Program-made: the position numbers and the translations under genes | In this document: positions 47,935 through 59,672 of the stretch, one piece after another | Position numbering within the stretch: the stretch's first letter is position 1 | Layout of the letters: every line of letters starts with the position of its first letter | Assembly: GCA_965242865.1 (NCBI GenBank) | Contig: CBDETK010000013.1 | Location: 3,872,001-3,936,000, forward strand | Direction of reading: 5' to 3' | DNA from: Candidatus Latescibacterota bacterium | Lineage (GTDB): Bacteria; Latescibacterota; UBA2968; UBA8231 | DNA: 64,000 nucleotides | The notes under the pieces: generated by a model | The model's input: the letters and a program-made list of their open reading frames with translations, nothing else | Told to the model about the DNA's origin: nothing | The model's database searches: none

Positions 47935-49850
47935 CGGTCTTCCTTCCGACTGGCTTTTCTCTTTTTAGCGGCAGCACGAAGGATTTCCTCCGCCTGCTCC
48001 TGCGATTGGTCAAAAAATCCCTCAGGCCAGTCGGAAATAGCACCATATTCGTTAATTACTACTTCCCGGAAGGATGAGCTTTCGGCTGGCTTTTCGACAA
48101 AGTAGATTTTTGCTTGGTTGTTCAATTCGTTTTCTGAGGATGCCGCAGCAATTCGGAATCTTAGGCGGTCAATAAAGTATTCACTGTGGGTCTCGACGAT
48201 GCACTGTTTATTACATAACGCCATAGAGAGGAAGAAGTCTCCCAACAAGGTCTGAACCTTTGGATGTAGATGTAGCTCTGGCTGTTCAAACACTAGGGTT
48301 GAGTCGGTATCGGCCAAGAGGCCCATCACCAAGATAGGAAGAACCTGACTTACACCAACGCCGACATGTGTAAGGTCGTGAGTGCTATCTGAGCCGGAAA
48401 GTGCCACCTTCAGTTCATGACCCAGCTTACCTTGGTCTCGACTCTTTACAGACTTCGCGACTTTAAGATATTGGAGCCAGTCAACCACCGCGACTTCAAG
48501 TTTTCTGATGACCTTTCTACTATCTATGAGCGAGGATTTGAAATTGGCTGAAGGTATATACTTGATTTTTTTGTTTTTATGTAGCTCAAGAATTGAGGCC
48601 GTGTGCTCCCCACGCAGACCGACATCATACGGATCGGCTGCTGGAGTAAGAGGATATAAAGGCTTTGGAGCATCCCTTAAAGGTCCGAGGTATTTTAACG
48701 ATGAGGTAAAGAAATCATCTAAGTAACCTGTGGCCTCAGCAATCAAATGAGGCGGGTGAACTTGTACGAATCTGCGAGACTCAGACATCGAATCATTAGA
48801 AGCCTTCATTGCCTCATAAATTAATTCGGAAAGGTCATTCTGCGCTCTCAGTATTCGTTGGACGTTCTCTCGGCCTTCATCAGACAGTTTGAGAAAATTA
48901 TCATGCCAAGTACTAAGTTTCATTCCCTCTGAACCTATACCCGTACCCAGCAACATTTCTTGTTGAGGCTCATCGTCGAAAAACTTATCAAAGTCGATAG
49001 TGTCCTCCAGAACATTCTGCAAAACAGCAATTACTTCCTGAGTAAGAAGGATATCTCTCCTTGGGACACTCCTATACCTGACAGACCTACGGCCGGTGTT
49101 CGTCAGAAAACGAGCTATTTCGTTGGCATCCTCTTCGATTGTATCAATTTCGCAAGTAATTCGCTCAGAAAGAAAATGACGCATAACGCATCCTATGGGC
49201 CGTGCCGACATGAGATCCTCTTTCATCTCGGCCATAGAGCTATCATCAAAATCGACCTCGTACGCCATACTGGCGCGTACTGATTCATCTCGTTCACTTA
49301 TAGTACCTATTTCATCAGTTTCAGAGACATTCTTCTCAGAATGGCGAATAGAGATTTTAGCCTCTTGATCGACATTATCCTCGTCCCTGATCGTACAGGA
49401 TAACTGCGTTGCAAAAAGTCTCGGTTGTACCTGAAATTCGTCTCGCTGGGAGCTTGAGGGAGCAGCGTCAAAAGATAATTCGCAGGCGATCTTTTGAAAC
49501 TGCTTGATCCACGGATAGTAGTAGATATAGCTAGTGCGACGAGATCTGCTCGCTAACGATTTCTTCTGTCCAGATAGAGGACGACAAGTGCATCCGATGG
49601 TTATTTGCTCCGACTCGCTGCCGTTCGATTTCAAATCGTCAAACTGACCAAGGCTAGTAAGCGCACCGTTCAAAACAACCGATCTGGAATCGACTTTATG
49701 AGCCAGCGTTTGAGCAACGAGTAGAATCGATTGGATAAACGTACTCTTGCCGCTACTATTCGCACCAGCGAAAATTGTTAGCGGTCCAAGATCCAATTCG
49801 GTGTCCTCGCGAATTGACTTGAAGTTGGATACCTTCCATTTGGTAATCAT
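47931..49850 (-). CDS. ABC-type ATPase (AAA_21/AAA_15) with C-terminal DUF3696
   Basis: 'NFKSI', GANSSGKS, 'VGVGVSQVLPI', 'EQPELHLHP', 'ETHSEY', 'WPEGFFDQ'. Confidence 0.85.
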   Translation of the reverse strand: MITKWKVSNFKSIREDTELDLGPLTIFAGANSSGKSTFIQSILLVAQTLAHKVDSRSVVLNGALTSLGQFDDLKSNGSESEQITIGCTCRPLSGQKKSLASRSRRTSYIYYYPWIKQFQKIACELSFDAAPSSSQRDEFQVQPRLFATQLSCTIRDEDNVDQEAKISIRHSEKNVSETDEIGTISERDESVRASMAYEVDFDDSSMAEMKEDLMSARPIGCVMRHFLSERITCEIDTIEEDANEIARFLTNTGRRSVRYRSVPRRDILLTQEVIAVLQNVLEDTIDFDKFFDDEPQQEMLLGTGIGSEGMKLSTWHDNFLKLSDEGRENVQRILRAQNDLSELIYEAMKASNDSMSESRRFVQVHPPHLIAEATGYLDDFFTSSLKYLGPLRDAPKPLYPLTPAADPYDVGLRGEHTASILELHKNKKIKYIPSANFKSSLIDSRKVIRKLEVAVVDWLQYLKVAKSVKSRDQGKLGHELKVALSGSDSTHDLTHVGVGVSQVLPILVMGLLADTDSTLVFEQPELHLHPKVQTLLGDFFLSMALCNKQCIVETHSEYFIDRLRFRIAAASSENELNNQAKIYFVEKPAESSSFREVVINEYGAISDWPEGFFDQSQEQAEEILRAAAKKRKASRKEDR

Positions 49851-49853
49851 TAG

Positions 49854-52651
49854 CTATTCGTCTCCCGTTCTTGTTACTGCCTGATCGTACCACAAAAGCA
49901 ACTTTGGGTCTTCTTCGAGAATGTTGTTGGGGATTTTCTCGGCCAACGCTATAATCGTAGCGTAGTCGCGCTCTTGATAGGCTTTTTTGAAGCCTGCACG
50001 GACAGCTTCCAGCCGGAAGACCCTAAGTTTCTTCTTGGCCTGCTTGTACTCCTCAAACTCCTTGAGAAGTGCCTTCTCGCGCAGCTTCTCCAAGTCGCCT
50101 GCCTTATTTGGGTCGGGCACATACCAGCGATTCTCGGCCTTGGCCTTCAGCAATGGGTTGTCCTTGGTCAGATTGCGTAGCTCCTTGAAATTCGACGAAA
50201 GATAGCTGTGAATCTGACTGGGCACTTCACCTTTGCTGTCGTGACGCAGAAAGTTCTGCTCCAGCATTTCGGACAGTTCTGGCAGCTTCTCGTGCTTTTG
50301 CCAGCCGCTGATCTCTCTCAGAAACTGAGGGTGGATGTCCTGAAAAGTCTGAGGTTTCTTGGTGAACTGCTGCTTGAGCCACTGGATGGCCGAAGCCTCG
50401 TCGGAGACGAAAAGCTGAAGCTGGAGAACCTCCTTGACCGTCATTCGCTTCTTATCGTACTCAGCCGCTTGGTCAGGTAGGAAATACATACCATCGCGTA
50501 GAGGGAATCGCTGTTCCAGACCAGCGTAAAACTCAGCAGCGGACAAGGGAACCGTCACCCCCCGCTGGACGTGGAAGGCAACCATGCGGTCGAAGAGGAG
50601 GAAATCCTGACGCTCTGCGATTATCTCACCTTGACCATCCTTTGAAATGAAAATAGGGAGTTGCTTCAAGTGAGTCCTGACAAAGTCCCAAACGCCCGCT
50701 TCAGTGCCTGATTCTAGACAGAAGCGTTCCTCAAGGCCACCATTCGGTTTATATGCAGAAATAACAAGGTCCTGCTTGATAGCGGTTGGTGTCATAACTG
50801 CCTTGAATGAGTGTTGCTTTTTATCGAGCGATGAAACATTGGCCACAACAAAGCCACTTTGCTCCAGTGCGGCCTGAATCGCATTCCATACTGATGCCTT
50901 TGTATTCGAAAATTCCACCGTCAGCCATCTACTTGGCTTTAAGATGCGGTAATACTCTGAAAATATCCGCTCCATGAGTTCACGGTAATCATCGATACTC
51001 TTTCCCTGAGATTTACTCACAATCGCTTCGGCCTTCTGATTTGTTACTGCTCCTAACAATCCCTCCCAAAAGAAGTTCAATTCGGAATAATCGAAGTTAT
51101 GACCGAACGGAGGATCGGTGAATATGTAGTCTACTGTAGAATCACAGATCTGTCGAAGATTTCCAGTATCTTGGGTGCTTATGACATGGCCTCGCTGAAG
51201 ATCGACAGGTGGAGTTAAGCTGTTGGCAATTGTTGACGCATTGCGCCGAAAAGTCTTCAAAACATGTAGCGGTGTAATCAAAGAGCTAACGTACAAAGTT
51301 CCCGATAGCGGCCCACCTCCTTTTCTATCAGCACGAAACCGTCTCATTCTTGACATATAAGGCAAGGAAGCAGTAAGGCAAAAAAGCAGCACCTGACTTA
51401 GATTTTTATTTTTAGAGTAACTCTGTATCTGACGCAGTAGAGCAGAGACGAACAAATGCTCACGTGGGGTGAAGAACTGATGTAGATGAGTAATGCCAAT
51501 TGGAACATTGCGCTGAGTTTCTTTGCCGTCGATTAGTGCAATCGCTGGTAGGCCATAAGAGCTAAGAAGGTCGGTTGCAATACCGATGCGCTGCCTATCT
51601 TGATCATCGGGTAGTTTCTCGTATCTTGTCGATCCTATACTGTAGTTAATGAGAACAGGGGCAATCCGAACGTGCTGGATAGCCTGTTTTAGGACTGGAT
51701 CAAAGCTGATCGTATATACTGGTTCCCACTTTGATTCTTGAACTAATGCCTTGCAGTACGGGCACTTTAAGTTTGACCGAAGGGAATCGTTTTGCTCATC
51801 TACGGCTACGTTATAAAGCGTGGTTTCAGTAGTGCATTCAGGACATCTGATAACATCAGAATAGAGCGTGAATTCAACGGTACCTAGCTGATCGTCTCGA
51901 TGTTGATGATGCTTGTGCTCAACTCTCTTCCTGTCGCGTACCTTCCAGCCGTTGTGGTCGGTTAAGTATAGATGGCCAAGCTTGTCCTCAATGTCGGCAC
52001 ACATTTCCTCAACGGCTGCCAAAAGATCTCTTCGATAAACTGGACGAAGCAAGTTCCCTGCGATAAATGTGGCGATAGGCGACAGGTCCGAAAGGACTAC
52101 CCAGCGTTGTCCCCATAGAAGAGCTTGTCGTAGTGACCCCTTAATTCTGCTAGGATCTTTACATAAGGCCGCCGCCACGCCGGTCATCCCCGTCCCACAA
52201 AACCCGTCGAAGACTATGTCGCCCGGCTCGGTTGGAGTATGTACCGCATGATCGCCTTGTGCGGCACCTTGGTATGGTATGAGTGAGCGTTATAAATGGG
52301 ATCGTTCTTACCTTCGCTCACATCTGTAGCAAAAGGCTCACGATGGTAATCTTCAGCCTGTTCCGGCTTCTGCGCCTCCCATTCGGCGATGAAGTCCGCA
52401 ATCCACGGATTCGGACAAGCGGTATAATACGGCGGATCACTGAGATTCAGAATGTCCTCATCCTCGCCAATCGGGAATCCCTCAATCTTGCGAAACTCGG
52501 GGTCCTTCAACTTCTTGCGGAGTTCCTCGATAAAGTGAGCACGGCGGGCTTCGTCGTTTTCAAAGGTTATGCCGAGGCAAGTTACCGATCCGTCATTCTG
52601 ACCTTCTCCGGTTGCTGATCCAAACTCTATGTTCTGCTGTTCTTGATTCAT
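49854..52651 (-). pseudogene. pglXI: BREX-3 PglXI DNA methyltransferase, frameshifted
   Basis: N-part 'LSDPPYYTACPNPW..HSYHTKVPHKAIMRYIL'; about 4 bp missing near 52233, before DGFCGTG; C-part contains 'DYIFTDPPF'. Confidence 0.82.
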
Positions 52652-52689
52652 CTCAAACTTTCCAGTTAGGCAAGACGATTTTTCTGGTC

Positions 52690-55600
52690 TTACCTTTCCA
52701 CTACGATCCGCACCTTTGCCGGGTCCTTGCCCTTGGTGAGATCATCAATATATCCGTCAAATCGGCTCTTCATCTCTGCCGGGGTCGCTGGGCCATCGGT
52801 TACCTTCAGGGCCGTTTGCATATCCTGTGTCTGGATGGCGACTTTGATCAGGCCAGAAAGCACTTCTTTGAGGGCATGTACAAAGCTACCGCTTAGGGGG
52901 ATTGGTAGCTCACGCGACTGAATGAAGGCCTCCAGTGCTTCGCGGTCATCCGTCTTCAACAAATCCATGTTGGCCTCGGTAATTGGGACCGCCAAGTTGC
53001 TGAGGAGGATGGAGGTCCAGTCTTCCCCTATCTCATCAAGTTGCTTATCCATAGCATCGATATGCTGAGAGCTTGCAACCGTGCAGGTTTCGGTAGAGGG
53101 CTTAAACCCGCAGTGCAGGCAAGTCGGCGTTGCATCTAACTCTTGGTTGGTCAAGGCAAAGCAGCTTTTCAGAGCCAGTAGGCGATCCCGGAAATCGGTA
53201 AGCTGTTGCCGAGGCATTAGATCAATTTCGGCTAATTTGACTAAGACTTGTAACCTCGGGTCGTTGAGCAATGCTGCCTTACGCTGGTCGTCGTTTACTC
53301 CCAAACGGACCTTGGTGTGTAAGCCGATATAAATGACCGTGTAGTCCCTCTTGAGCTTTTGTATTTCTACGCCGATGGCTTGGGACTGTTGGGGCTCGAT
53401 CCGACCCGCTTGGCTGAGAGCATTCAGGACGTTCTGCCGGGTCGCCTTAATCCGGCCCACCCAGTCATGTTCGGCAGGAAGTGCCGCTTCAGCCGCGACC
53501 AAATAGGAGGCCGTCGGGGCATGGTCCATTACGAACTCGCGCAAAGCGTCCAACTCATCCAGAGCCGTTAGGGCTTCTTTGTGCGCCATGATTTCCGGCA
53601 CACTGTGGCGGAAGTTCTTCAATCTGCCAGGGGAAGAATACGCCTGGAGCGATTCAAAGAAGGTTTTGGCTTTCTCTAAAACACCGGCCCGGCTGGCTAG
53701 GACAGTGCTGGCGAGCAGGTCCTGTCCCCAGAAGGAAAGCCCTTTCTGCATATCCCGTTGAGCCATGACGATGCGCCGGACCGTCTTGCCAATGGCCTGC
53801 TGCATACCTTGGACTGGTTCGTCTTTACCTTGGGCAACAAGTTGAGCCATGCCCGGCGACAAGCCAAGCAGTTCAAACAGTTCTCTGATGGCGGGCAGGT
53901 TCCATTCCTTGGGCTGCTCCAAATGCTTGAAGCGGATCAACTCGTCTATGCCAGTGGCGGCAAGTTGCGGTAGCTCGGTGGCGTCGAATTTTTTGCCCGG
54001 AATTGCGAACACGATGTCGCCGGAGTACACCAAGGCAACCAAAATGACCGCTACCCATTCAGGTTCAAGGCGGAAGCCGCTGGGGTCCATGAATTCTAGC
54101 CCGTGGTCGTCTTGAATGATCTCACTGCGATTTACCACTTGGCCGTGCCCCTTAGCCTTTACAACATCAATAATGAACTGGGTGTACTTTGATTTGTAGG
54201 GGTCCATCCTCTCGCCATCGAGCAGTTCCAGCGCATCCAGCACGGCCGTGGCCTGCTTGGTGCGGTTCTGTCCGGCGATAGCCCGCAGCGCATCTTGGGC
54301 GGCTTGGGCGCAGTTGTTACCCGTAATCAGTACCGAAAAGAATGGATAGCCAGGAGCCTGATTTTCAAAATTCGGGGCCAAGCAGATGCCCGCAATGGTA
54401 TTGATCAGATCGCGGAAGTTGATGATTTCGTGGGGCAACAGGCCCGACAGGTCGCGGATGGATTGGCCCTTGGCCCACTCGGGGATGGACTTCGTGCGGC
54501 CTTGGTAGGTGACCTCAAAGGCACTGGTCATCTGCGTTTGTAGCCACCGGACTAGCTGGCGCAAAAAGCCGTTGGCCTTAGCCTCATAAGTGGCTTTGGC
54601 TTGGGCCGCGGAAATGCCTGCGAGGTCCAAAGCCGCCGCATAATTTTTCAGCGCGGTCTGAAATTCCTCGTCGGTGCCTTTCAGGCGAAAGAAGACTTCG
54701 TCGCTCGCTTTGTGCTCCTTGAACTGGGGCGGGTCATTTGGCTGGATAAAGTAAAGGTAGAAGTCCCGCTGGGGTACGGCGGTGGAGCGCTCGTTGGGTG
54801 CGCCAAAAAACAGATACCCGGAACGAGCGGCTTTGTGCTCCTGCCAGATGAGTTCGTGTTGCCAGATTTTGTAGCCGGTTACGTAGGTAGCGTCTTGGCA
54901 CTCCATGACCCGTTTGAGGGCCTCGTAGTAGAAGCGGTCGAGCCGAGTGTTATCGAGGCTCTCTGCTCGCTTGTCAATGATGGCGTCAAAGTCTTCGGTC
55001 TTTTTTAAGTCCAGATAGTATTGGCCATTATCCTTGCTGAATGAAATGAAGCTGAATGAAATGAATTGTCCGCTAACCGCTTTTTCGATTGCGCGCAGCA
55101 CGGTTACTACGTGGGTTTGCAGATCTCTATCGGGTTCATCGCTGCCCAATTCCTCAATCAGGGGGTCAAAAAGGCAGAGGCGGTCGCGCAACTCCTCGGC
55201 GGATGCGCCCATGGGCGTATAGATGTCACCTGTGGTCAGGCGATGGACGGACAGTGCATGGATCAAGCGCAGGGCCATCGGTTTGTACTGACTGCGGGCG
55301 ATGGCGTTTTCGATGCGGGATTCCAGCACTTGGCTGCAATCAATGACTGCTCGGATTTCGGGAATGGCACGGAAGGCCGCGTTCTTCCTGAGAGTGTTCC
55401 AGTAGCTATCGAAGGCAATTAGGCCGGGTCGGTCCTGCGGAACCTCTTCGTCCATAATGTCTTTCATGCGTATGGACAGGGTCTTGAGCACCTCGCGCTT
55501 TTCGACCACAGTGACCCGCTCAAAGGTCTCAATGTAGTCGGGATGTACGGGAAAGAGATTGACGAATTCATCCATCTGCTCGTTGAGCCCGCCGTAGAAC

Positions 55601-56445
55601 TTGGAAAAGGGCATTAGATATTCGCGGATATGCGCCTGTTGCTCGGCGGTCTTTTTGAGCAGACGCTCGGCCACTACGAACTTGACGTCGTTGCGGGCGA
55701 TCAGGATTTGCTCGAAACGGTCTTTTACCCGACGGAGACTACCGGCGACAAAGCCAAAGCGGGGGCTGTCGAAAATGGCTTCCTGTACCCCGGCCATAAC
55801 GCGGAAGCGTAGGTCCTTGCACACTTCGCCCATTTCGCGGAGAAAGTTGAGGTCGAGGATCAGTTCTTGGTCCCTACGGCTACGGAGATAGTCTAGTAGC
55901 TCATCAACTACCAGCAGCAGACCGTGTTCGGGGAAAGCCTCGCCGAACTTGTCCATCAGGTCTTCAAAGGCCCGCTTGTGACTGGCAATTTCGTTCACCT
56001 CGGGGAATATGTATTCCACGCCGAGCTTTTCGAGATATTCTTCCAACTCAGAGACCAAGATGTCGCGCAAGGACATAGTGGTGGCCCCGATCTCGGTGCG
56101 GATGACCTTGAAGCGCCCGGCGATTTGTTTGACTGCGCCACGAACGCCGGGATGCTTCAATTCTTTTAGCAGAGAGGCGTCTGCGGCAAGGCTTGAAATC
56201 ATCGACATCAGGTGCGATTTACCGGTGCCGTAATTGCCGACGATCAAAATCCCTTTGTTATCGACAGGTTGGTCGAACTGCAACTGCGGGATGACAAGCT
56301 GAGTAAGCCGTTCAGCCATCTCCTCGGAAATGACGTAGGTTCTCACGAGATGGTGCGCGACACTGGACTTGTCCGCGTCGCGCAACTGAACAACCGACTC
56401 AATCGGGTCGAACTGAATAAGATCGCCGTATTTCATGTTGGTCAT
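52690..56445 (-). CDS. brxC: BREX-3 BrxC/PglY ATPase (DUF6079-type)
   Basis: 1251 aa; '[18 protein letters not shown]', GNYGTGKS, 'VVDELLDYL', late CxxC. Confidence 0.88.
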   Translation of the reverse strand: MTNMKYGDLIQFDPIESVVQLRDADKSSVAHHLVRTYVISEEMAERLTQLVIPQLQFDQPVDNKGILIVGNYGTGKSHLMSMISSLAADASLLKELKHPGVRGAVKQIAGRFKVIRTEIGATTMSLRDILVSELEEYLEKLGVEYIFPEVNEIASHKRAFEDLMDKFGEAFPEHGLLLVVDELLDYLRSRRDQELILDLNFLREMGEVCKDLRFRVMAGVQEAIFDSPRFGFVAGSLRRVKDRFEQILIARNDVKFVVAERLLKKTAEQQAHIREYLMPFSKFYGGLNEQMDEFVNLFPVHPDYIETFERVTVVEKREVLKTLSIRMKDIMDEEVPQDRPGLIAFDSYWNTLRKNAAFRAIPEIRAVIDCSQVLESRIENAIARSQYKPMALRLIHALSVHRLTTGDIYTPMGASAEELRDRLCLFDPLIEELGSDEPDRDLQTHVVTVLRAIEKAVSGQFISFSFISFSKDNGQYYLDLKKTEDFDAIIDKRAESLDNTRLDRFYYEALKRVMECQDATYVTGYKIWQHELIWQEHKAARSGYLFFGAPNERSTAVPQRDFYLYFIQPNDPPQFKEHKASDEVFFRLKGTDEEFQTALKNYAAALDLAGISAAQAKATYEAKANGFLRQLVRWLQTQMTSAFEVTYQGRTKSIPEWAKGQSIRDLSGLLPHEIINFRDLINTIAGICLAPNFENQAPGYPFFSVLITGNNCAQAAQDALRAIAGQNRTKQATAVLDALELLDGERMDPYKSKYTQFIIDVVKAKGHGQVVNRSEIIQDDHGLEFMDPSGFRLEPEWVAVILVALVYSGDIVFAIPGKKFDATELPQLAATGIDELIRFKHLEQPKEWNLPAIRELFELLGLSPGMAQLVAQGKDEPVQGMQQAIGKTVRRIVMAQRDMQKGLSFWGQDLLASTVLASRAGVLEKAKTFFESLQAYSSPGRLKNFRHSVPEIMAHKEALTALDELDALREFVMDHAPTASYLVAAEAALPAEHDWVGRIKATRQNVLNALSQAGRIEPQQSQAIGVEIQKLKRDYTVIYIGLHTKVRLGVNDDQRKAALLNDPRLQVLVKLAEIDLMPRQQLTDFRDRLLALKSCFALTNQELDATPTCLHCGFKPSTETCTVASSQHIDAMDKQLDEIGEDWTSILLSNLAVPITEANMDLLKTDDREALEAFIQSRELPIPLSGSFVHALKEVLSGLIKVAIQTQDMQTALKVTDGPATPAEMKSRFDGYIDDLTKGKDPAKVRIVVER
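55036..55065. repeat. Exact 15-bp tandem duplication inside brxC
   Basis: GCTGAATGAAATGAA twice, giving [10 protein letters not shown]. Confidence 0.9.
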
Positions 56446-56509
56446 GCTTGAGCTTGCCTCTCTACTCGTGGTTCGCGAATCATCCTAACGGACCGATCCG
56501 CATATTAAT

Positions 56510-57028
56510 TTAATATAGAGGGTTAGCTATTCTGTCGATAGGTTCCCCATTGACCGTCGTCGTTCCATCCACACGCACGATGAGCACATCGACCGAGTCA
56601 TATTCCTGGTACTCGGGATGCTCCCGCTCGGCGTATAAGAGCCTTCCTCCAGAAAACCTCCCGCTCCAAGAAGCCACCACGGCGCGGTTCCGCGAAATGT
56701 TTCGTAGCAGACTCAACGGGTCTTGCTCGAGATTTTTATCAAAGAGGATTTCGAGGTTATCGAGCACCACCGGCGGCTCAGTTTGGGCCGCGAGTTGCTT
56801 GAGGATATCCGGCATCCGCAATGATCGCTGCCGAGCCGTCAGTTCGAGCATCTCGTATGAGAGTACTCGATTGACATTGATAACTTGCGTACCGAACGCA
56901 TCGGCGACCTCTTGCAGGACGCCGGTCTTGCCGGAACCGCTCTCGGCCACCAGCAACACTAAGCGGTAGTACCGGTCATCGGCGACCTCAAGAGCCCGCT
57001 CTATTTGATCCTGAATCAGTTCAGCCAT
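56510..57028 (-). CDS. brxF: BREX-3 P-loop protein BrxF
   Basis: 'YYRLVLLVAESGSGKT', 'LDNLEILFD..QDPL', 'YAEREHPEY'; first gene of the operon. Confidence 0.85.
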   Translation of the reverse strand: MAELIQDQIERALEVADDRYYRLVLLVAESGSGKTGVLQEVADAFGTQVINVNRVLSYEMLELTARQRSLRMPDILKQLAAQTEPPVVLDNLEILFDKNLEQDPLSLLRNISRNRAVVASWSGRFSGGRLLYAEREHPEYQEYDSVDVLIVRVDGTTTVNGEPIDRIANPLY

Positions 57029-57031
57029 GGC

Positions 57032-58192
57032 TCAGCGCGGCACCAGCCAGTCCTCGTCTAATTCCATGCCAAAGCCCGGCGCGTCCGATGGGATCAAGCT
57101 CCCCTCTTGAGGCACGGCTGTGCCCGGGATGGTGGGGACTTCTTCGAGGGGGATGCCCGGGGCCGAGCCGAGCCAGTACTCGGCCAGGGGCGATTCCGGG
57201 AAGGCCAAGGCGAAGTGTTGGCCGTAGGCGGTGTTGGCCCCGCCGTGGGGGATGGTGACGAGGCCGGCCGCTTCGGCGATGTAGTAGATTTTGACGGCTT
57301 CGGAAAGGCCGCCGCACCACTTGAGGTCGGGTTGCAGCACGTCAACGCAGCGGTGTTCGACTAGCTGGCGAAAGGCATGACGGCCGTGGTGGTCTTCGCC
57401 GGTGGCAATGGGCACGTAGGGAGCGGCTCGCTTGAGCGCGATGTGGCCTTCGAGATCCGTGGGAATGAGCGGTTCCTCAATCCAGCGCATCTGGTAGGGC
57501 TTGAGCCGCTCGGCGACTTGAACGGCGTATTCGACGTTGTAGGACATGACCGCGTTGAGCATCAGCTCGCAGTCCGGGCCGATGGCCTCGCGCGCTTGGG
57601 CGACCTTGGCTTCGAGGCGATTGAGCCCTTCCTGCCCCTCGCGGTAGTGAACCGGGTTGGTGATCTTGAAGGCACGAAACCCCAGTTCGAGTCCCCAGTC
57701 GAGGTCGTCGCCCGTGGCGTAGAGTTCAAGGCGGTCGCGGCAGGGGCCGCCGAGCAGGCGGTACACGGGCTGGCCCAGCAGCTTGCCCTTGAGGTCCCAC
57801 AGCGCCAGATCAATGCCGCTTTGGGCAACGGCCGCGCAACCGGCATGACCGAGGCGCTGAGCAGCGCGCCACATCAGGTCGTTGAGAAATTCCGTAGCCA
57901 GACAATCGCGGCCCGTCAGCAGGGGTGCGAAGACTTGCTCGACGATGGCAGCCACTGGCTCGCCAAAGGAGCAGCCGCCCAAACCCCAAGTGCCGTCCTC
58001 GGCCACGATCTGCACCCATACCGGGCCGCCGCCCATGCCCGGCATCTGGCCGGGGAGACGCGAAAATTCTGGATACTTGTTGATCGGCAACGAGCGCGGT
58101 GCCCGCTGGTTCCAAGAGGGGCGGCGACCCGCTGTTTGGGGCGGGCGGTGCGGAAGCCGGAGGTCAACTACGCGGATGGATTGTATCTGCAC
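57032..58192 (-). CDS. L-rhamnonate-dehydratase-like enolase superfamily enzyme
   Basis: '[13 protein letters not shown]', 'WIEEPL', 'ATGEDH', '[10 protein letters not shown]', 'APGFGME'. Confidence 0.85.
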   Translation of the reverse strand: MQIQSIRVVDLRLPHRPPQTAGRRPSWNQRAPRSLPINKYPEFSRLPGQMPGMGGGPVWVQIVAEDGTWGLGGCSFGEPVAAIVEQVFAPLLTGRDCLATEFLNDLMWRAAQRLGHAGCAAVAQSGIDLALWDLKGKLLGQPVYRLLGGPCRDRLELYATGDDLDWGLELGFRAFKITNPVHYREGQEGLNRLEAKVAQAREAIGPDCELMLNAVMSYNVEYAVQVAERLKPYQMRWIEEPLIPTDLEGHIALKRAAPYVPIATGEDHHGRHAFRQLVEHRCVDVLQPDLKWCGGLSEAVKIYYIAEAAGLVTIPHGGANTAYGQHFALAFPESPLAEYWLGSAPGIPLEEVPTIPGTAVPQEGSLIPSDAPGFGMELDEDWLVPR

Positions 58193-59420
58193 GTTTAATG
58201 CTCCAAGCCAAGTGCTGGTCGGCAAAGTCCAAGTATTGCTCCCAATCGTACTCGGCGAGGTCGTGGCCGCCGTTGCGGATGTGGTAGCCGATCTGGCCCA
58301 TGACCGGCTGATCGACAGCGGGCATTTGCGCGGCCGGCAAGCCGTCGGTCCCGAGCAGGCGATAGACGGGACCGGCGGCGCGGGCCGCGAGGAATTCGCC
58401 GCACGGGTCGGCCCAGCGGTCCTCAACGGCACTGGCTACGTACAGAGGGCGCGGGGCGCAAAGTGCCAAGAGCTGATGCTGATCTACGGGCAGCTCGTCT
58501 TCGGCGTTGTCGTAGCGTCTGAAATTGTCGCAGAACCAGTGCGGGAACGCATGGTTGATATGCGCGACGGTCTCGCCGTAGCACCGCCGCGAGAGGGCGG
58601 CCCCACCGCAGCCGGACTCGTTGGAGATGACCATGGCAAAGCGCTCGTCGCAGGCACCAGCCCACAGCGCGGTCTTGCCCAGCCGCGAGTGCCCGAGCAC
58701 GGCGACCCGCGCATGGTCGCAGTCGGGATCGGTTTGCAGATAGTCCACGGCCCGGCTCAAACCCCACGCCCAAGTGCCGATGGCACCCCACTCGTCCGGG
58801 GCGGGACGATTTTGTCCCTCTTGGTAGAAGAGCGGGTGGACGCCGTTGCGGTAGCCATCGTCGTAGTCCGGGTCGAGGTCGCCGTAGTACATGGTGGCCA
58901 AGCCGTAGCCGCGTGCGATGATCTTGGCGACGGGCCAGCGGCTAGCCAAGCAACCGCGCGAGTTGAAGGTGGCGCAGTGATTGACGATGCCGTTTTGCGC
59001 TTCGGAGCGCATCCAGCGGGTGTTGAGGTGGATTGCGGGGTCGCGTTGGATGGAGTGATTACCGAAGAAATTGAGGCCCAAGAAGACCGGCACCGGGCCA
59101 GCCGCGTCAGCGGGGCGATAGAGGAGAATATCCATGCACGGGCCATTATCGTCAGCAGTGAAAGCCACGCGGACTTGGCGTCTCAGTGCATGGCCGCCAA
59201 GGGCTTCGCCCTCCTCGGTGGTAAGGAAACGAGTAGCGGGCAGCGGGCCGGGCATCGAGCCGAAGACATGCGTTTTGAAGAGTTGGAGAATTTCCGGGCG
59301 GCGCACCTCGGCCCAAGCAGCGACGTCGGCCACGGGTTCGCCGCTGGCTAGCGTCAGCAGGTCGGGCAGCGCGTAAGCAGGGACTTTGGCTTCGTCGTAA
59401 TTGGCTTCGCTTGGGAGCAT
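58164..59420 (-). CDS. CE15 glucuronoyl-esterase-like hydrolase
   Basis: '[11 protein letters not shown]', GHSRLGK, 'ESGCGG', 'LCAPRPL..EDRWADP'. Confidence 0.88.
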   Translation of the reverse strand: MLPSEANYDEAKVPAYALPDLLTLASGEPVADVAAWAEVRRPEILQLFKTHVFGSMPGPLPATRFLTTEEGEALGGHALRRQVRVAFTADDNGPCMDILLYRPADAAGPVPVFLGLNFFGNHSIQRDPAIHLNTRWMRSEAQNGIVNHCATFNSRGCLASRWPVAKIIARGYGLATMYYGDLDPDYDDGYRNGVHPLFYQEGQNRPAPDEWGAIGTWAWGLSRAVDYLQTDPDCDHARVAVLGHSRLGKTALWAGACDERFAMVISNESGCGGAALSRRCYGETVAHINHAFPHWFCDNFRRYDNAEDELPVDQHQLLALCAPRPLYVASAVEDRWADPCGEFLAARAAGPVYRLLGTDGLPAAQMPAVDQPVMGQIGYHIRNGGHDLAEYDWEQYLDFADQHLAWSIKRADTIHPRS

Positions 59421-59425
59421 AGTCG

Positions 59426-59620
59426 CTAGTCCGTGATCGCTTCGATAAAGGTCTGATCCTCGCGTTCGCCCTTGCTTTGCGCCACTGCAAGTGACTGGTA
59501 ATGGGCCTCGGCCCGGAATCGCCTGGTCCGGGTTTCAGGAACCCATATCTGAACCTGCCGCATCTCTCGCGTCCGCTGGTCGCACGGATCCGGCCTTCCA
59601 ATTTCCTTGGATTGCATCAT
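59426..59620 (-). CDS. DUF3018/MazE-like antitoxin (orphan)
   Basis: '[38 protein letters not shown]'; RBS AGGAG. Confidence 0.7.
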   Translation of the reverse strand: MMQSKEIGRPDPCDQRTREMRQVQIWVPETRTRRFRAEAHYQSLAVAQSKGEREDQTFIEAITD

Positions 59621-59672
59621 CGAATCTCCTTTAGCTGTAGTCTTAGGAGCCACTGAGACGTTGGATTATGGC

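Larger units (their letters stand above)
44110..57029 (-). mobile_element. BREX type 3 defence island bounded by the 11-bp direct repeat GTTCAGCCATG
   Basis: Repeat at 44110-44120 and 57019-57029; interior visibly more AT-rich than the flanks; no integrase seen. Confidence 0.6.

Noticed and set aside
57882-59351. Long + strand ORFs (also 21295..22437, 14106..15086, 15961..16926, 27069..27962, 29973..30923)
   Set aside because: Antisense shadows of well-supported genes, expected at high GC; no recognisable motifs
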